Assembly (NCBI GenBank): GCA_018401015.1
Contig: JAGYLP010000004.1
Location: 19,307-83,306, forward strand
DNA from: Bacteroidales bacterium
GTDB lineage: Bacteria; Bacteroidota; Bacteroidia; Bacteroidales; M50B96
DNA: 64,000 bases
Reading direction: 5' to 3'
How positions within the stretch are numbered: position 1 is the first letter of the stretch; every line of letters starts with the position of its first letter. Below, piece by piece: positions 18,853 through 27,119 of the stretch. Made by a program: the position numbers and the translations under genes. The notes under the pieces were generated by a model. It worked only from the letters and a program-made list of their open reading frames with translations. It did no database searches and was not told the origin of the DNA.

Positions 18853-19353
18853 CTAGTTCTTGAGAATACGGTGAATCTCGGGTAAAAGCTTGTCGGACGA
18901 AACCGGCTTGCGAATGAATCCGTTTACAGGAAAAAATACGCTTTCACCCCGCTCGGTACGATAATCTACTCCGGCATCGCCGGTATCGATATTTTTTAAC
19001 AGAATAACCTCTAAATCGCGGTAGTTCGGATCGTTACGAAACTCACGAGCCATTTCCTGAACACCAGGACGCGTCGTAACCAACACATCAATCGAGGTTT
19101 GCATCAATACCGGGGTACCCCGAAAATGGACATCGTCTTTAATCTCCTTCGCCAATTCAAATCCCTCATAAGGGGTTTCCATCATAACATCTAAGATGGC
19201 TAAGTCGGGTTTCCAGCTTTTTACCAGCTTCATTCCCTCCGATTTGTTCCCGGCCGATAAAACTTCGTAACCTTCGCGCTTTAAAATTGCTTCTACAATG
19301 GTGATGACATCTACATCGTCGTCGACCAATAAAATTTTCTTTTTCGTTTCCAT
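18853..19353 (-). CDS. Stand-alone response-regulator receiver protein with an internal insertion
   Basis: 166 aa: ILLVDDD ... KPDLAILDVMMET ... MQTSI ... (long insert) ... FIRKP. It is a paralogue of the REC at 12164-12568 and the first gene of the hyd module. Confidence 0.85.
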   Translation of the reverse strand: METKKKILLVDDDVDVITIVEAILKREGYEVLSAGNKSEGMKLVKSWKPDLAILDVMMETPYEGFELAKEIKDDVHFRGTPVLMQTSIDVLVTTRPGVQEMAREFRNDPNYRDLEVILLKNIDTGDAGVDYRTERGESVFFPVNGFIRKPVSSDKLLPEIHRILKN

Positions 19354-19431
19354 GGTTAATCCTCCATTTTAGGTTGAACTTATTTTCCTTCTCCCCGCTT
19401 ATCTTTTCTGAAGTAAAAGTAAAGTATGAAC

Positions 19432-19441
19432 CCCACGTGGG
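19432..19441. promoter_or_regulatory. Perfect 10-bp palindrome CCCACGTGGG in the divergent promoter region; candidate operator
   Basis: Read directly from the sequence, about 80 nt upstream of the REC/hyd operon start (19353). Confidence 0.3.
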
Positions 19442-19544
19442 TGAGGCAAGTTCTTCCCATTCGTAGAGGGAAATCTTTCCCTTTTTGGGGCAATAAAAAC
19501 CAGTACTTTTACGCAATAATCCCCACTAAAAAAAGCAGGGAACA

Positions 19545-19556
19545 AAGCGGCCGCTT
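19545..19556. promoter_or_regulatory. Perfect 12-bp palindrome AAGCGGCCGCTT; candidate operator
   Basis: Read directly from the sequence, about 35 nt upstream of the ABC ATPase start (19590). Confidence 0.3.
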
Positions 19557-19589
19557 ATCCGTTTAAAAGTCTCAATCATTCATCCACGC

Positions 19590-20492
19590 ATGCAAGCATT
19601 AATCAGAGCACATCATCTCCAAAAATCCTTCGGCAATCAAAAGGCAGTTAAGGATATCAGTTTTACGGTAAATCAAGGCGATATTTACGGTTTCTTAGGC
19701 CCCAACGGATCAGGGAAAAGCACTTCTATCCGCATAATCTTAGGACTTTTAACTCCCGACTCCGGCCATATCGAACTATTTGGCGAAATTCAAAATCGAA
19801 GTAAACCTTCCTTCCTTTCTCGCATTGGCGCTCTCATAGAACGACCCGATTTCTACCTCTACCTGTCGGCATACCGTAATTTAGAACTCATGATGCGTTA
19901 CAGCGGACTAACTCCCAACAAAACGCAAATCATGACCATCCTGGAATGGGTCGGATTAGCCGAACGAGCTAAGAGTGCCGTAAAAACTTTTAGCCATGGC
20001 ATGAAACAAAGACTCGGCATCGCTCAAACCCTACTCCACGAACCAGACCTCATCATCCTCGACGAACCGGTTAACGGACTCGACCCGCAAGGAATCAAAG
20101 ACATTCGCGATTTGATCCTGCGACTCAACCGCGATCTGGGCAAAACACTCATCATCTCCTCGCACATCCTCCGCGAAATGGAGCTGATTGCCAACCGCAT
20201 GGTGGTAATTAATCGCGGAGAAGTTGTGGTAGAAGGAGTAGTAAAAAAACTACTCTCAGAAGGAAGCCAACGGGTAATCTTAGTATGCGATCAAGCCGAA
20301 GCAGCCCTCAAACTCCTCTCCAGCCACTTTCCCGACCACCGCTTTGAACTGAATACCCTGGGCGAAATTCATAGCTTTGCAGCCACTCCCGAAGTGGTCG
20401 AGTTTAATCGCCTCCTTGTGCAAAATAACTATCCAGTACGCCAATTAGCCACTCAAAATAGCCTCGAAGACTATTTCCTTAACATCACCTAA
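19590..20492 (+). CDS. ABC transporter ATP-binding protein
   Basis: Walker A GPNGSGKST, signature SHGMKQRLG, Walker B LIILDEP. Confidence 0.9.
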   Translation: MQALIRAHHLQKSFGNQKAVKDISFTVNQGDIYGFLGPNGSGKSTSIRIILGLLTPDSGHIELFGEIQNRSKPSFLSRIGALIERPDFYLYLSAYRNLELMMRYSGLTPNKTQIMTILEWVGLAERAKSAVKTFSHGMKQRLGIAQTLLHEPDLIILDEPVNGLDPQGIKDIRDLILRLNRDLGKTLIISSHILREMELIANRMVVINRGEVVVEGVVKKLLSEGSQRVILVCDQAEAALKLLSSHFPDHRFELNTLGEIHSFAATPEVVEFNRLLVQNNYPVRQLATQNSLEDYFLNIT

Positions 20493-20495
20493 GCC

Positions 20496-21332
20496 ATGCT
20501 CACTCTCATCCGTCTGGAACTGCTCAAACTATTCAGCCGAGGCATTGCCTACATTGGCTTTGCCGCCATCTTCCTCATCGTTATCATCGTGCAAGTGGGG
20601 ATGTTTGTCGAAGGAGAAAAACTCCTGAACTTCCTGATACAAAACCTATCCGGGTTATTCGAACTTCAAGGAAATCTCATCAATATCTATACGGTGAGTT
20701 ACATCATACTCAACTCCTTATGGATACATATTCCTATTCTGGTTACCATCGTGGCGGGCGACATGATTTCGGGCGAAGCCCAGCGTGGAACCTTTCGCTT
20801 ACTCCTTACCCGACCGGTAAGCCGAACCCAATTGCTTACTGCCAAGTTCATTACCGCACAACTCTACACCAGCATGCTGGTAATCTGGTTATTACTCCTT
20901 TCTTTGGGGATGGGTCGTTTCTTTTTCGACACGGGCGATATGATCGTGCTTCTTTCCAGCATTAACATCATCGATCAGTCGGATGTACTTTGGCGCTTTC
21001 TGCTTGCTTTTGCCTACGGAATGCTCAGTCAATGGGTGGTAGGAGCACTGGCTTTCCTCTTCTCCGTGCGGGCCTCCAACTCGCTCACTCCGGTAATTGG
21101 CGCTATGTCGGTCATTATCCTTTTTAGTATCATTTCCAATTTCAGCGTTGGAGTATTCGAGCCCATTAAACCCTATCTGTTCACCAGCTATCTCACCGAT
21201 TGGCAACTTTTCTTCGACATGCCTCTTCAATTCGACCGCATTTCCAAAGCAAGCGGCGTATTATTGGTGCATTTAGTCGTCTTCTTCGCCCTATCATTTT
21301 TCCACTTTAAGTACAAAGACATCAACTCATGA
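20496..21332 (+). CDS. ABC-2-type transporter permease
   Basis: 278 aa with about 6 hydrophobic helices. It starts 3 nt after the ATPase stop. Confidence 0.75.
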   Translation: MLTLIRLELLKLFSRGIAYIGFAAIFLIVIIVQVGMFVEGEKLLNFLIQNLSGLFELQGNLINIYTVSYIILNSLWIHIPILVTIVAGDMISGEAQRGTFRLLLTRPVSRTQLLTAKFITAQLYTSMLVIWLLLLSLGMGRFFFDTGDMIVLLSSINIIDQSDVLWRFLLAFAYGMLSQWVVGALAFLFSVRASNSLTPVIGAMSVIILFSIISNFSVGVFEPIKPYLFTSYLTDWQLFFDMPLQFDRISKASGVLLVHLVVFFALSFFHFKYKDINS

Positions 21333-22039
21333 AACTCCTTCTCAAATTATTCATTTCAAGCCTTTTAATAACAACAACCTACCTCTCCTCACAGGCCCAG
21401 TCCGATGCCAACGTATGGATGGAGCGTCTTAAGGAGCAAAATCAAAAAGTTAGAAGTTTCACCGCCGACGTCGAAATAGATGTCGATGTGAGCTTCATCC
21501 AAATCCCAATAAAAAAAGGCAAAGTGTATTATCAGGCTCCCGATAAATTTCGCTTTCGTTCCAGTGGGTTCACCCTTCTGCCCAAAAAAGGATTCAACTT
21601 TACGGTAAACGAAATACTGTGGAGCGAGAGCATGGCACTATACGCCGGCGACGATAGCATCGGTAGTAAAATAAAGATTGTTCCCCTTTCCGACTCAGCC
21701 GATTTTATTCTGGCAACTGCCTGGATCGACACCACCATTCCCCGGCTGAAGCAGCTTGATATCAGCAGTACCAATCAAGGTAACATTCTTATGCAATTCG
21801 AGTATGGAGACGGAAAGTATGAATTACCAATTGAAACAAAACTTTCCTTCGAAGTAAAGCAACTCGATATTCCCATGAAATTCATGGGGAATGCAAGCAT
21901 CGATCGATCAAAATTCCAAGGAGATAAAACAACGGGAACCGTCCGTATCAAGTACGATCAGCTCGAAGTGAATATCCCAATCGATCCAAACATTTTCCGG
22001 GAAAAGGAAGCAGAAGAAAATGAAGGAGAAGAAAAATAG
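21329..22039 (+). CDS. Secreted LolA-like / outer-membrane lipoprotein-sorting-like protein (tentative)
   Basis: 236 aa with a signal peptide. The beta-rich sequence FTADVEIDVDVSFIQIPIKKGKVYYQAPDKFRF resembles LolA-like families. It has an acidic tail. Its start overlaps the permease stop in an ATGA arrangement. Confidence 0.5.
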   Translation: MKLLLKLFISSLLITTTYLSSQAQSDANVWMERLKEQNQKVRSFTADVEIDVDVSFIQIPIKKGKVYYQAPDKFRFRSSGFTLLPKKGFNFTVNEILWSESMALYAGDDSIGSKIKIVPLSDSADFILATAWIDTTIPRLKQLDISSTNQGNILMQFEYGDGKYELPIETKLSFEVKQLDIPMKFMGNASIDRSKFQGDKTTGTVRIKYDQLEVNIPIDPNIFREKEAEENEGEEK

Positions 22040-22054
22040 CTCATTCATTTAATG

Positions 22055-22062
22055 TAATTTTG
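22055..22062 (+). promoter_or_regulatory. Bacteroidota -7 box (TAATTTTG matches TAnnTTTG) for ispF
   Basis: An exact match to the consensus, 20 nt upstream of ATG 22082. Confidence 0.45.
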
Positions 22063-22081
22063 CGCCGTTTTAACGGGAAGT

Positions 22082-22558
22082 ATGCGCATAGGATTTGGCT
22101 ACGATATTCATCCACTTGAAGATGGAATACCTCTGGTTTTAGGAGGAATTACCATCCCTCATTTCTCTGGTTGCAAGGCACATTCCGATGGCGATGTAGT
22201 CATTCATGCTTTGTGCGATGCTCTGCTCGGTGCAGCCGGATTAGGCGATATCGGTCAACTTTTCCCGTCGTCGGACCCTAAATGGAAGAATCGAAACAGT
22301 CGGTACTTTTTAGAAGAAATCCTGCAATTAATAACGGTTAATGGATGGGAAATAGCAAACATCGACTTGCTGATTCAAGCCGAGAAACCGGTCTTAAATC
22401 CTTACTTCAAGGAAATGAGACACCAACTCTCTCAAATACTCAACCTTCAATCCAATCAAATCAACCTGAAAGCCGGAACCAATGAAAAACTAGGTCCAAT
22501 CGGACAAGAAAAAGCCATTGCCTGCTATGCAGTTTGCCTATTGCAATCACGATTATGA
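22082..22558 (+). CDS. ispF: 2-C-methyl-D-erythritol 2,4-cyclodiphosphate synthase
   Basis: GFGYDIHPL and HSDGDVVIHALCDALLGAAGLGDIG; 158 aa. Confidence 0.93.
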   Translation: MRIGFGYDIHPLEDGIPLVLGGITIPHFSGCKAHSDGDVVIHALCDALLGAAGLGDIGQLFPSSDPKWKNRNSRYFLEEILQLITVNGWEIANIDLLIQAEKPVLNPYFKEMRHQLSQILNLQSNQINLKAGTNEKLGPIGQEKAIACYAVCLLQSRL

Positions 22559-22890
22559 CAAACTTTCAAGACTTACAATCGCTCGCCGATTTTCAATCGC
22601 TTATTGAAAACCAACCAGCTTCACTAATCTATTTTTCACACGAAAGTTGCAATGTGTGTAAAGTGCTCAAACCGAAAGTGGCCGAGCTCATCGAAGAGGA
22701 GTTTCCAAATATCACCCTGGCTTATGTCGATGTGCATCAACACCCCGAAATATCGGGCCAGCTTCAACTATTCACCGTTCCAACCCTGCTGGTCTATTTC
22801 GATGGAAAGGAATACATTCGAAAGAGCCGTCATATTGGAATCGATGAACTCGCACGCGAAATTTCACGTCCATACGAATTCATGTTCTAA
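22555..22890 (+). CDS. Thioredoxin-like protein
   Basis: CNVC redox motif and FTVPTLLVYFDG. ATG 22555 overlaps the ispF stop (ATGA). The track start at 22534 is probably over-extended. Confidence 0.7.
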   Translation: MTNFQDLQSLADFQSLIENQPASLIYFSHESCNVCKVLKPKVAELIEEEFPNITLAYVDVHQHPEISGQLQLFTVPTLLVYFDGKEYIRKSRHIGIDELAREISRPYEFMF

Positions 22891-24104
22891 AGATATCGTC
22901 GGGTAAGAAAACGAACCGGAAACCATGCGGCTAAAAAGCCGATGAACGAAACCGTAAGCATTGTGGCAAGTACATCGAGCCATTCGACTTTTACCGGATA
23001 GTAATCGACAATAAAACCACCCTGACCCGATAAGGCGACCAATCCAAACCGATCTTGCAGGTAACAAATCAACAAGCCTAACAAGGTACCGGTGAGCATT
23101 CCCACCAAGCTAATGAGCCAGCCTTCGATCAAAAATATTTTACGAATACTGGAATAATCGGCACCCAAATGCAACAACGACTGTACATCTCTTTTCTTAT
23201 CGATTATCAACATGGTTAATGAACCAATGATGTTGAAGGTTGCAATGAAGACGACAAAGGCGAGAATAATAAAACTTATAAGCTTTTCCGATTGAACCGT
23301 TTTGTAAAGCAATTCCTGTTGCTGAAAACGATCCTTAAAAACCCATTCACTACCCCACGATTCGCGCAAATCCTGCATCACATCGGCGGTAGCCCAATCG
23401 GGCTTTGTCTTTATTTCAATGGCGCTTAAGCGTTCTTCATCTTCGAATAATCGTCGGGCAAACGACATGGGCACCACCACATACTGATAATCAATTTCGT
23501 TTTGAAGCTCGAACAAGCCCGACGGATAAATTATTTCACGATTAATGGAGCGATCCAACGACCACTGATTAACCTCATTCTTCGGATAATATATAACCAA
23601 AGGGGTAATAAAATTTAGGCCCATCGAAACATTCATGGCGACCCCTTTCCCTACGACAGCATACTCCTCCTTTTCATCGCGCAGCACGAAATCGCCCTGA
23701 TAGAGCATGGTATCCAACCCACTCACCTCACGGAACTGTTCATCCACTCCCTTCACATGCACCAGGATCTCTTTTCGATCGTATCGAACCAGCGCATTAT
23801 CTTCTAAAGTGTAACTGAAATGGGCAATCCCGGGATGATTGCGCAAGGATTGCACCTCCTCTTCACTCAGGCTAAATCGCTTACCTTGAGCGGCTGTTAG
23901 TTTTATTTCCGGATTAAAGGCTGAAAACATCGACTGGATGAGCCCTTCGAGTCCACTAAAAACAGCCAGAATAATAATCATGGCCATGGTTCCAATGGTA
24001 ATCCCAAAAATCGAAATACCCGAAATCCAATTAATTACATTGGTCGATTTTTTTGAAACCAAATAACGACGTGCAATGTAAAAAGGAAACCAGGCCTTAG
24101 TCAT
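22887..24104 (-). CDS. FtsX/LolC-LolE-type ABC transporter permease
   Basis: 405 aa with an N-terminal TM helix, a large periplasmic MacB-like domain and a C-terminal FtsX helix bundle. No ATPase gene is adjacent. Confidence 0.85.
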   Translation of the reverse strand: MTKAWFPFYIARRYLVSKKSTNVINWISGISIFGITIGTMAMIIILAVFSGLEGLIQSMFSAFNPEIKLTAAQGKRFSLSEEEVQSLRNHPGIAHFSYTLEDNALVRYDRKEILVHVKGVDEQFREVSGLDTMLYQGDFVLRDEKEEYAVVGKGVAMNVSMGLNFITPLVIYYPKNEVNQWSLDRSINREIIYPSGLFELQNEIDYQYVVVPMSFARRLFEDEERLSAIEIKTKPDWATADVMQDLRESWGSEWVFKDRFQQQELLYKTVQSEKLISFIILAFVVFIATFNIIGSLTMLIIDKKRDVQSLLHLGADYSSIRKIFLIEGWLISLVGMLTGTLLGLLICYLQDRFGLVALSGQGGFIVDYYPVKVEWLDVLATMLTVSFIGFLAAWFPVRFLTRRYL

Positions 24105-24937
24105 TATTTCCAGGCTTTTACAACCAAACCGGTACCGGTAGGATGATTCCGGTTTTTAACATCGAAATAATTGAGTAACAAAGCAAAAGGAAACGTAAGC
24201 AAATAATAAATGGGTAATATGAGGAAGGACAAGCGGGTAGCATTCAGCATTAAAATGGGATACTTCATGGAGAGTCGCCAGCTAATCTTACCAGGTGCAC
24301 CATAGGAATAGCGGGCTTCCACTTTAGAAAACCCAGCTGTCAGGATCTTTTCTTTTATATCCTCGATATTATAACCATCGCGCACATGTTCATCGATAAA
24401 ACCATGCACTTCGCCGTCTTTCGGACCATGATCGTGATGATGAACATCGGAACCGCCTTGGTCGCTAGGGGTAGAAATTAATAACATTCCACCGGGCTTC
24501 ATGCTGGCATGAAAATTCTCAAACACCAATCGATCTTCTAAAATATGCTCCATCACATCGACCGATAAAATGAGATCGTAGCTATTCTCGCGCACAAAGC
24601 GGGTAAGGTCGCCTTCTTCAAAAGCTATCCGATTAGCCTCACCAATCTGGGAAAAGAAACGATTGCAATCGGCAATTTGCTCTTCCTTTACATCAACCGC
24701 AGTAACCTTCCAATTCGGATTTAACTTCGACAAAGTATACACGTATTGGCCAAAACCAGCGCCGGCATCCAGGATGTGAAGCTGGCCGGGTTTCCCCTTA
24801 GCCCAAGCTTTCAACTCGCTTCGAATGTGCCACGAACGTAACAGCAGGATATCGAGTAAACGATAAAAAAGTTTCCGCATTCCTGCAGAGCGATTGAACA
24901 CTTTACCCAAGTCGTTTTTTATAGGATCGTATTGCAT
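24104..24937 (-). CDS. Class I SAM-dependent methyltransferase with a C-terminal membrane segment
   Basis: Motif I is LDAGAGFGQY. The hydrophobic C-terminus reads LSFLILPIYYLLTFPFALLL. TAATG stop/start overlap with the downstream permease gene. Confidence 0.8.
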   Translation of the reverse strand: MQYDPIKNDLGKVFNRSAGMRKLFYRLLDILLLRSWHIRSELKAWAKGKPGQLHILDAGAGFGQYVYTLSKLNPNWKVTAVDVKEEQIADCNRFFSQIGEANRIAFEEGDLTRFVRENSYDLILSVDVMEHILEDRLVFENFHASMKPGGMLLISTPSDQGGSDVHHHDHGPKDGEVHGFIDEHVRDGYNIEDIKEKILTAGFSKVEARYSYGAPGKISWRLSMKYPILMLNATRLSFLILPIYYLLTFPFALLLNYFDVKNRNHPTGTGLVVKAWK

Positions 24938-24961
24938 GACGTAATTAAGGTGGTTAAGAAA

Positions 24962-25300
24962 TTATTCGTTTAGTAACTGATCGATACGTTCGGCATAATC
25001 GAGGGAGTCGTCGAGATAGAATTGAAGCTCAGGAATAACACGCAGCTGATGACGGGTATTTTTACCTAAGTAAAAACGGATGGCTTTACCATGCTCCTCT
25101 ACCAATTTCAAGGCAACTGCCGCTTTTTCAGATGGGAAGACACTTAAATAGACCTTAGCCAAAGCCAAATCGGGTGTTACACGAACTTGTGTTACGGTTA
25201 ATAAACCTCCCGGCACAAAATGCGTGGCTTCTTGTTGAAAATAATTTCCCAAATCCTTCTGTAGCAGACGAGCTACCTTCTTTTGCCTCAACGATTCCAT
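24962..25300 (-). CDS. rbfA: Ribosome-binding factor A
   Basis: 112 aa with an RbfA-like sequence (RQKKVARLLQKDL...VTQVRVTPDLALAKVY). Confidence 0.85.
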   Translation of the reverse strand: MESLRQKKVARLLQKDLGNYFQQEATHFVPGGLLTVTQVRVTPDLALAKVYLSVFPSEKAAVALKLVEEHGKAIRFYLGKNTRHQLRVIPELQFYLDDSLDYAERIDQLLNE

Positions 25301-25322
25301 GATATTTTTTTTATAGAACCGC

Positions 25323-25330
25323 CAAAGATA
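25323..25330 (-). promoter_or_regulatory. Bacteroidota -7 box (TATCTTTG on the minus strand) for rbfA
   Basis: CAAAGATA on the plus strand, 22 nt upstream of the rbfA ATG. Confidence 0.45.
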
Positions 25331-25610
25331 AACAATGCAATCTAGAGATGCCTACTCATAGAAGAACAAAATAATTAGGGCCATGCATTTCGATTAACTA
25401 AAGTGAATGAATTTTTCGGATGGTTAATCGTTTTATGGTAAGTCTTCGGCCACGAGGGTATTGCTCCATTAAATGAAGTGGTTTTCCTGTGCGAAAAAAA
25501 GATGAGATCAATCGAAAGTTGTGATAGAATAGTGGATTTCGCAGGGCTACGGGTTGAATCGGGAAGAAGTCAGAAGGCATTTGAATCAAGCTTAATGCTT
25601 GCACATCAGC

Positions 25611-25690
25611 AATAGCTCCGTAGGAGCGAAACCTTTGTAGCTAATCGATTGGAAAATTAGCTATAGCCCCAGAGGGGCGACACCGTCAAT
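25611..25690. repeat. Two tandem degenerate copies of a short interspersed repeat (cores CCGTAGGAGCGAAACC and CCAGAGGGGCGACACC)
   Basis: The cores at 25618-25633 and 25669-25684 match at 12 of 16 positions. A third partial copy, GTAGGAGCGAAAG, is at 8087-8099. The reverse strand reads ...LQRFRSYGA / MIDGVAPLGL-type pseudo-peptides that I recall from intergenic DNA of other Bacteroidota. Confidence 0.4.
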
Positions 25691-25825
25691 CATAGAATGC
25701 GAAAAGGATTTTTTCATTTAAATGGCGATTGGAACCAATAACCAGTTCTTTTATTGCGATTGAAATGAAGCGTGTAATTTTGGATAGAGCAACCATACTG
25801 TTACTATGCTACTGGAGTAGTTGGC

Positions 25826-25860
25826 ATAAAAAAAGGTTGGCCTTTGAGGACCAACCTTTT
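25826..25860 (-). terminator. Rho-independent terminator of the lipoprotein gene
   Basis: Hairpin AAAGGTTGGCC-loop-GGaCCAACCTTT, followed on the minus strand by a T-run. It lies 23 nt past the stop at 25883. Confidence 0.6.
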
Positions 25861-25882
25861 ACTATATTTTTAAAACTAATGA

Positions 25883-27103
25883 CTAGAGATTGCAACCTTG
25901 GTGGCAAGGAGTAGTGATAGCGCAATCGATAGCATTGGAAATAACCGGAGTTGAGTTACCGTAGTAGTAACGGAAGATGAATTCTTTTTCTTCATCGTTA
26001 TACTCATAGCTACCGGTAATTTCGCGATACTGACGGCTAAAAGTAACTTCTTTCGACTCGCAAGTGCCAATGCTGACACCTGTAACCACATTATCCACCA
26101 ATTGACCTACGATATAAGCTTCGTTCCAAGTAACATTATTCGTTACGAAGAAGTGTAGGTCTTTCAATTCAGTGAGGTCTGCAGTAAATGGGCTACCCGG
26201 GGCTGTTTCCAGTGTGTATTTAGCTAAGTAAGCACCACCAGTCCAAGTAAAAGCAGCTTCGCAATTACAAGAGGTAGGTTCGTAGCGAATCACTACGTTT
26301 TCTGTTCCAGTAACATCCGTATCAATCACCAATGATTCGAAGTTCAAACGAATAGTTGATTCGGTAATAGATTGTTTGAAAGAGATCTCGTTGGTTACAC
26401 TATTAAAAGAGATGCTAGCATTTACACTGTTCCAGCTATTGCTGGTTGCATCGTAAGAAACGAGGGAAAGATTATCCACGTTGATTCCTTCGGGAATAGC
26501 AATGTAAATGGTGATTTCCTGAGCAAATTCAATTCCGGCAGGATTAAAAACCAAGGTTTTAAGAGCGCTTCCGTTGAAACTACCAAAGGTTGAAATCGGG
26601 CTAAGCGGAGTAACACTTAATTGAACCTCGCTAAGCGTTTCGCCTTGATAAGTTGCGGAGTTGTTTCCAGGAATCTCGATACGAACATCTTCAAAAACTA
26701 ATTCACCACCTTCGGTAAGGTTTACAAAACCTGCAGGAAGAGCGCGAGTTAAGTTGAAAGTAGCTGAATAAACGTAAGGAGCATCAGCGTTGTAATTAAT
26801 AGTTAGGTCGGAAGCAATGAACCCATCGGCTTCGGCGGTCAAAACAGAACCAGAAGCAGGAAATTCATCAAAACTCAAGGTATAAACTCCGTTCATGTCG
26901 CTAACTACCGATTCGCCATTAATGGCTACTGTGGCACCAGGTAATTCATCACCGCCGGCAGTATAAACGGTACCTGTGATTTTGTACACCGGACTAAATT
27001 CATCCAAGATAACTTCGTTGTCATCCACTCCCAGAAAATTACACGAAGTGATAAAGAGGAGAGAAACAAGCAATTGGAGGATAAAAAGGTTCTTGTTTTT
27101 CAT
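25883..27103 (-). CDS. Hypothetical lipoprotein with a CarboxypepD_reg-like domain and a Cys-rich C-terminus
   Basis: ATG 27103 gives MKNKNLFILQLLVSLLFITSC (lipobox-like). The longer track start would overlap the upstream gene. KITGTVYTAGGDELPGATVAINGESVVSDMNGVYTL is present. The C-terminus reads ...CAITTPCHQGCNL. Confidence 0.55.
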   Translation of the reverse strand: MKNKNLFILQLLVSLLFITSCNFLGVDDNEVILDEFSPVYKITGTVYTAGGDELPGATVAINGESVVSDMNGVYTLSFDEFPASGSVLTAEADGFIASDLTINYNADAPYVYSATFNLTRALPAGFVNLTEGGELVFEDVRIEIPGNNSATYQGETLSEVQLSVTPLSPISTFGSFNGSALKTLVFNPAGIEFAQEITIYIAIPEGINVDNLSLVSYDATSNSWNSVNASISFNSVTNEISFKQSITESTIRLNFESLVIDTDVTGTENVVIRYEPTSCNCEAAFTWTGGAYLAKYTLETAPGSPFTADLTELKDLHFFVTNNVTWNEAYIVGQLVDNVVTGVSIGTCESKEVTFSRQYREITGSYEYNDEEKEFIFRYYYGNSTPVISNAIDCAITTPCHQGCNL

Positions 27104-27119
27104 AATAATGGTTTTAAGT

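Noticed and set aside
25398-25914. Small ORFs of 68 aa (minus strand) and 61 aa (plus strand) in the rbfA-upstream intergenic region
   Set aside because: They have no signal, motif or plausible promoter/start context. The second overlaps the terminator and the end of the neighbouring gene.
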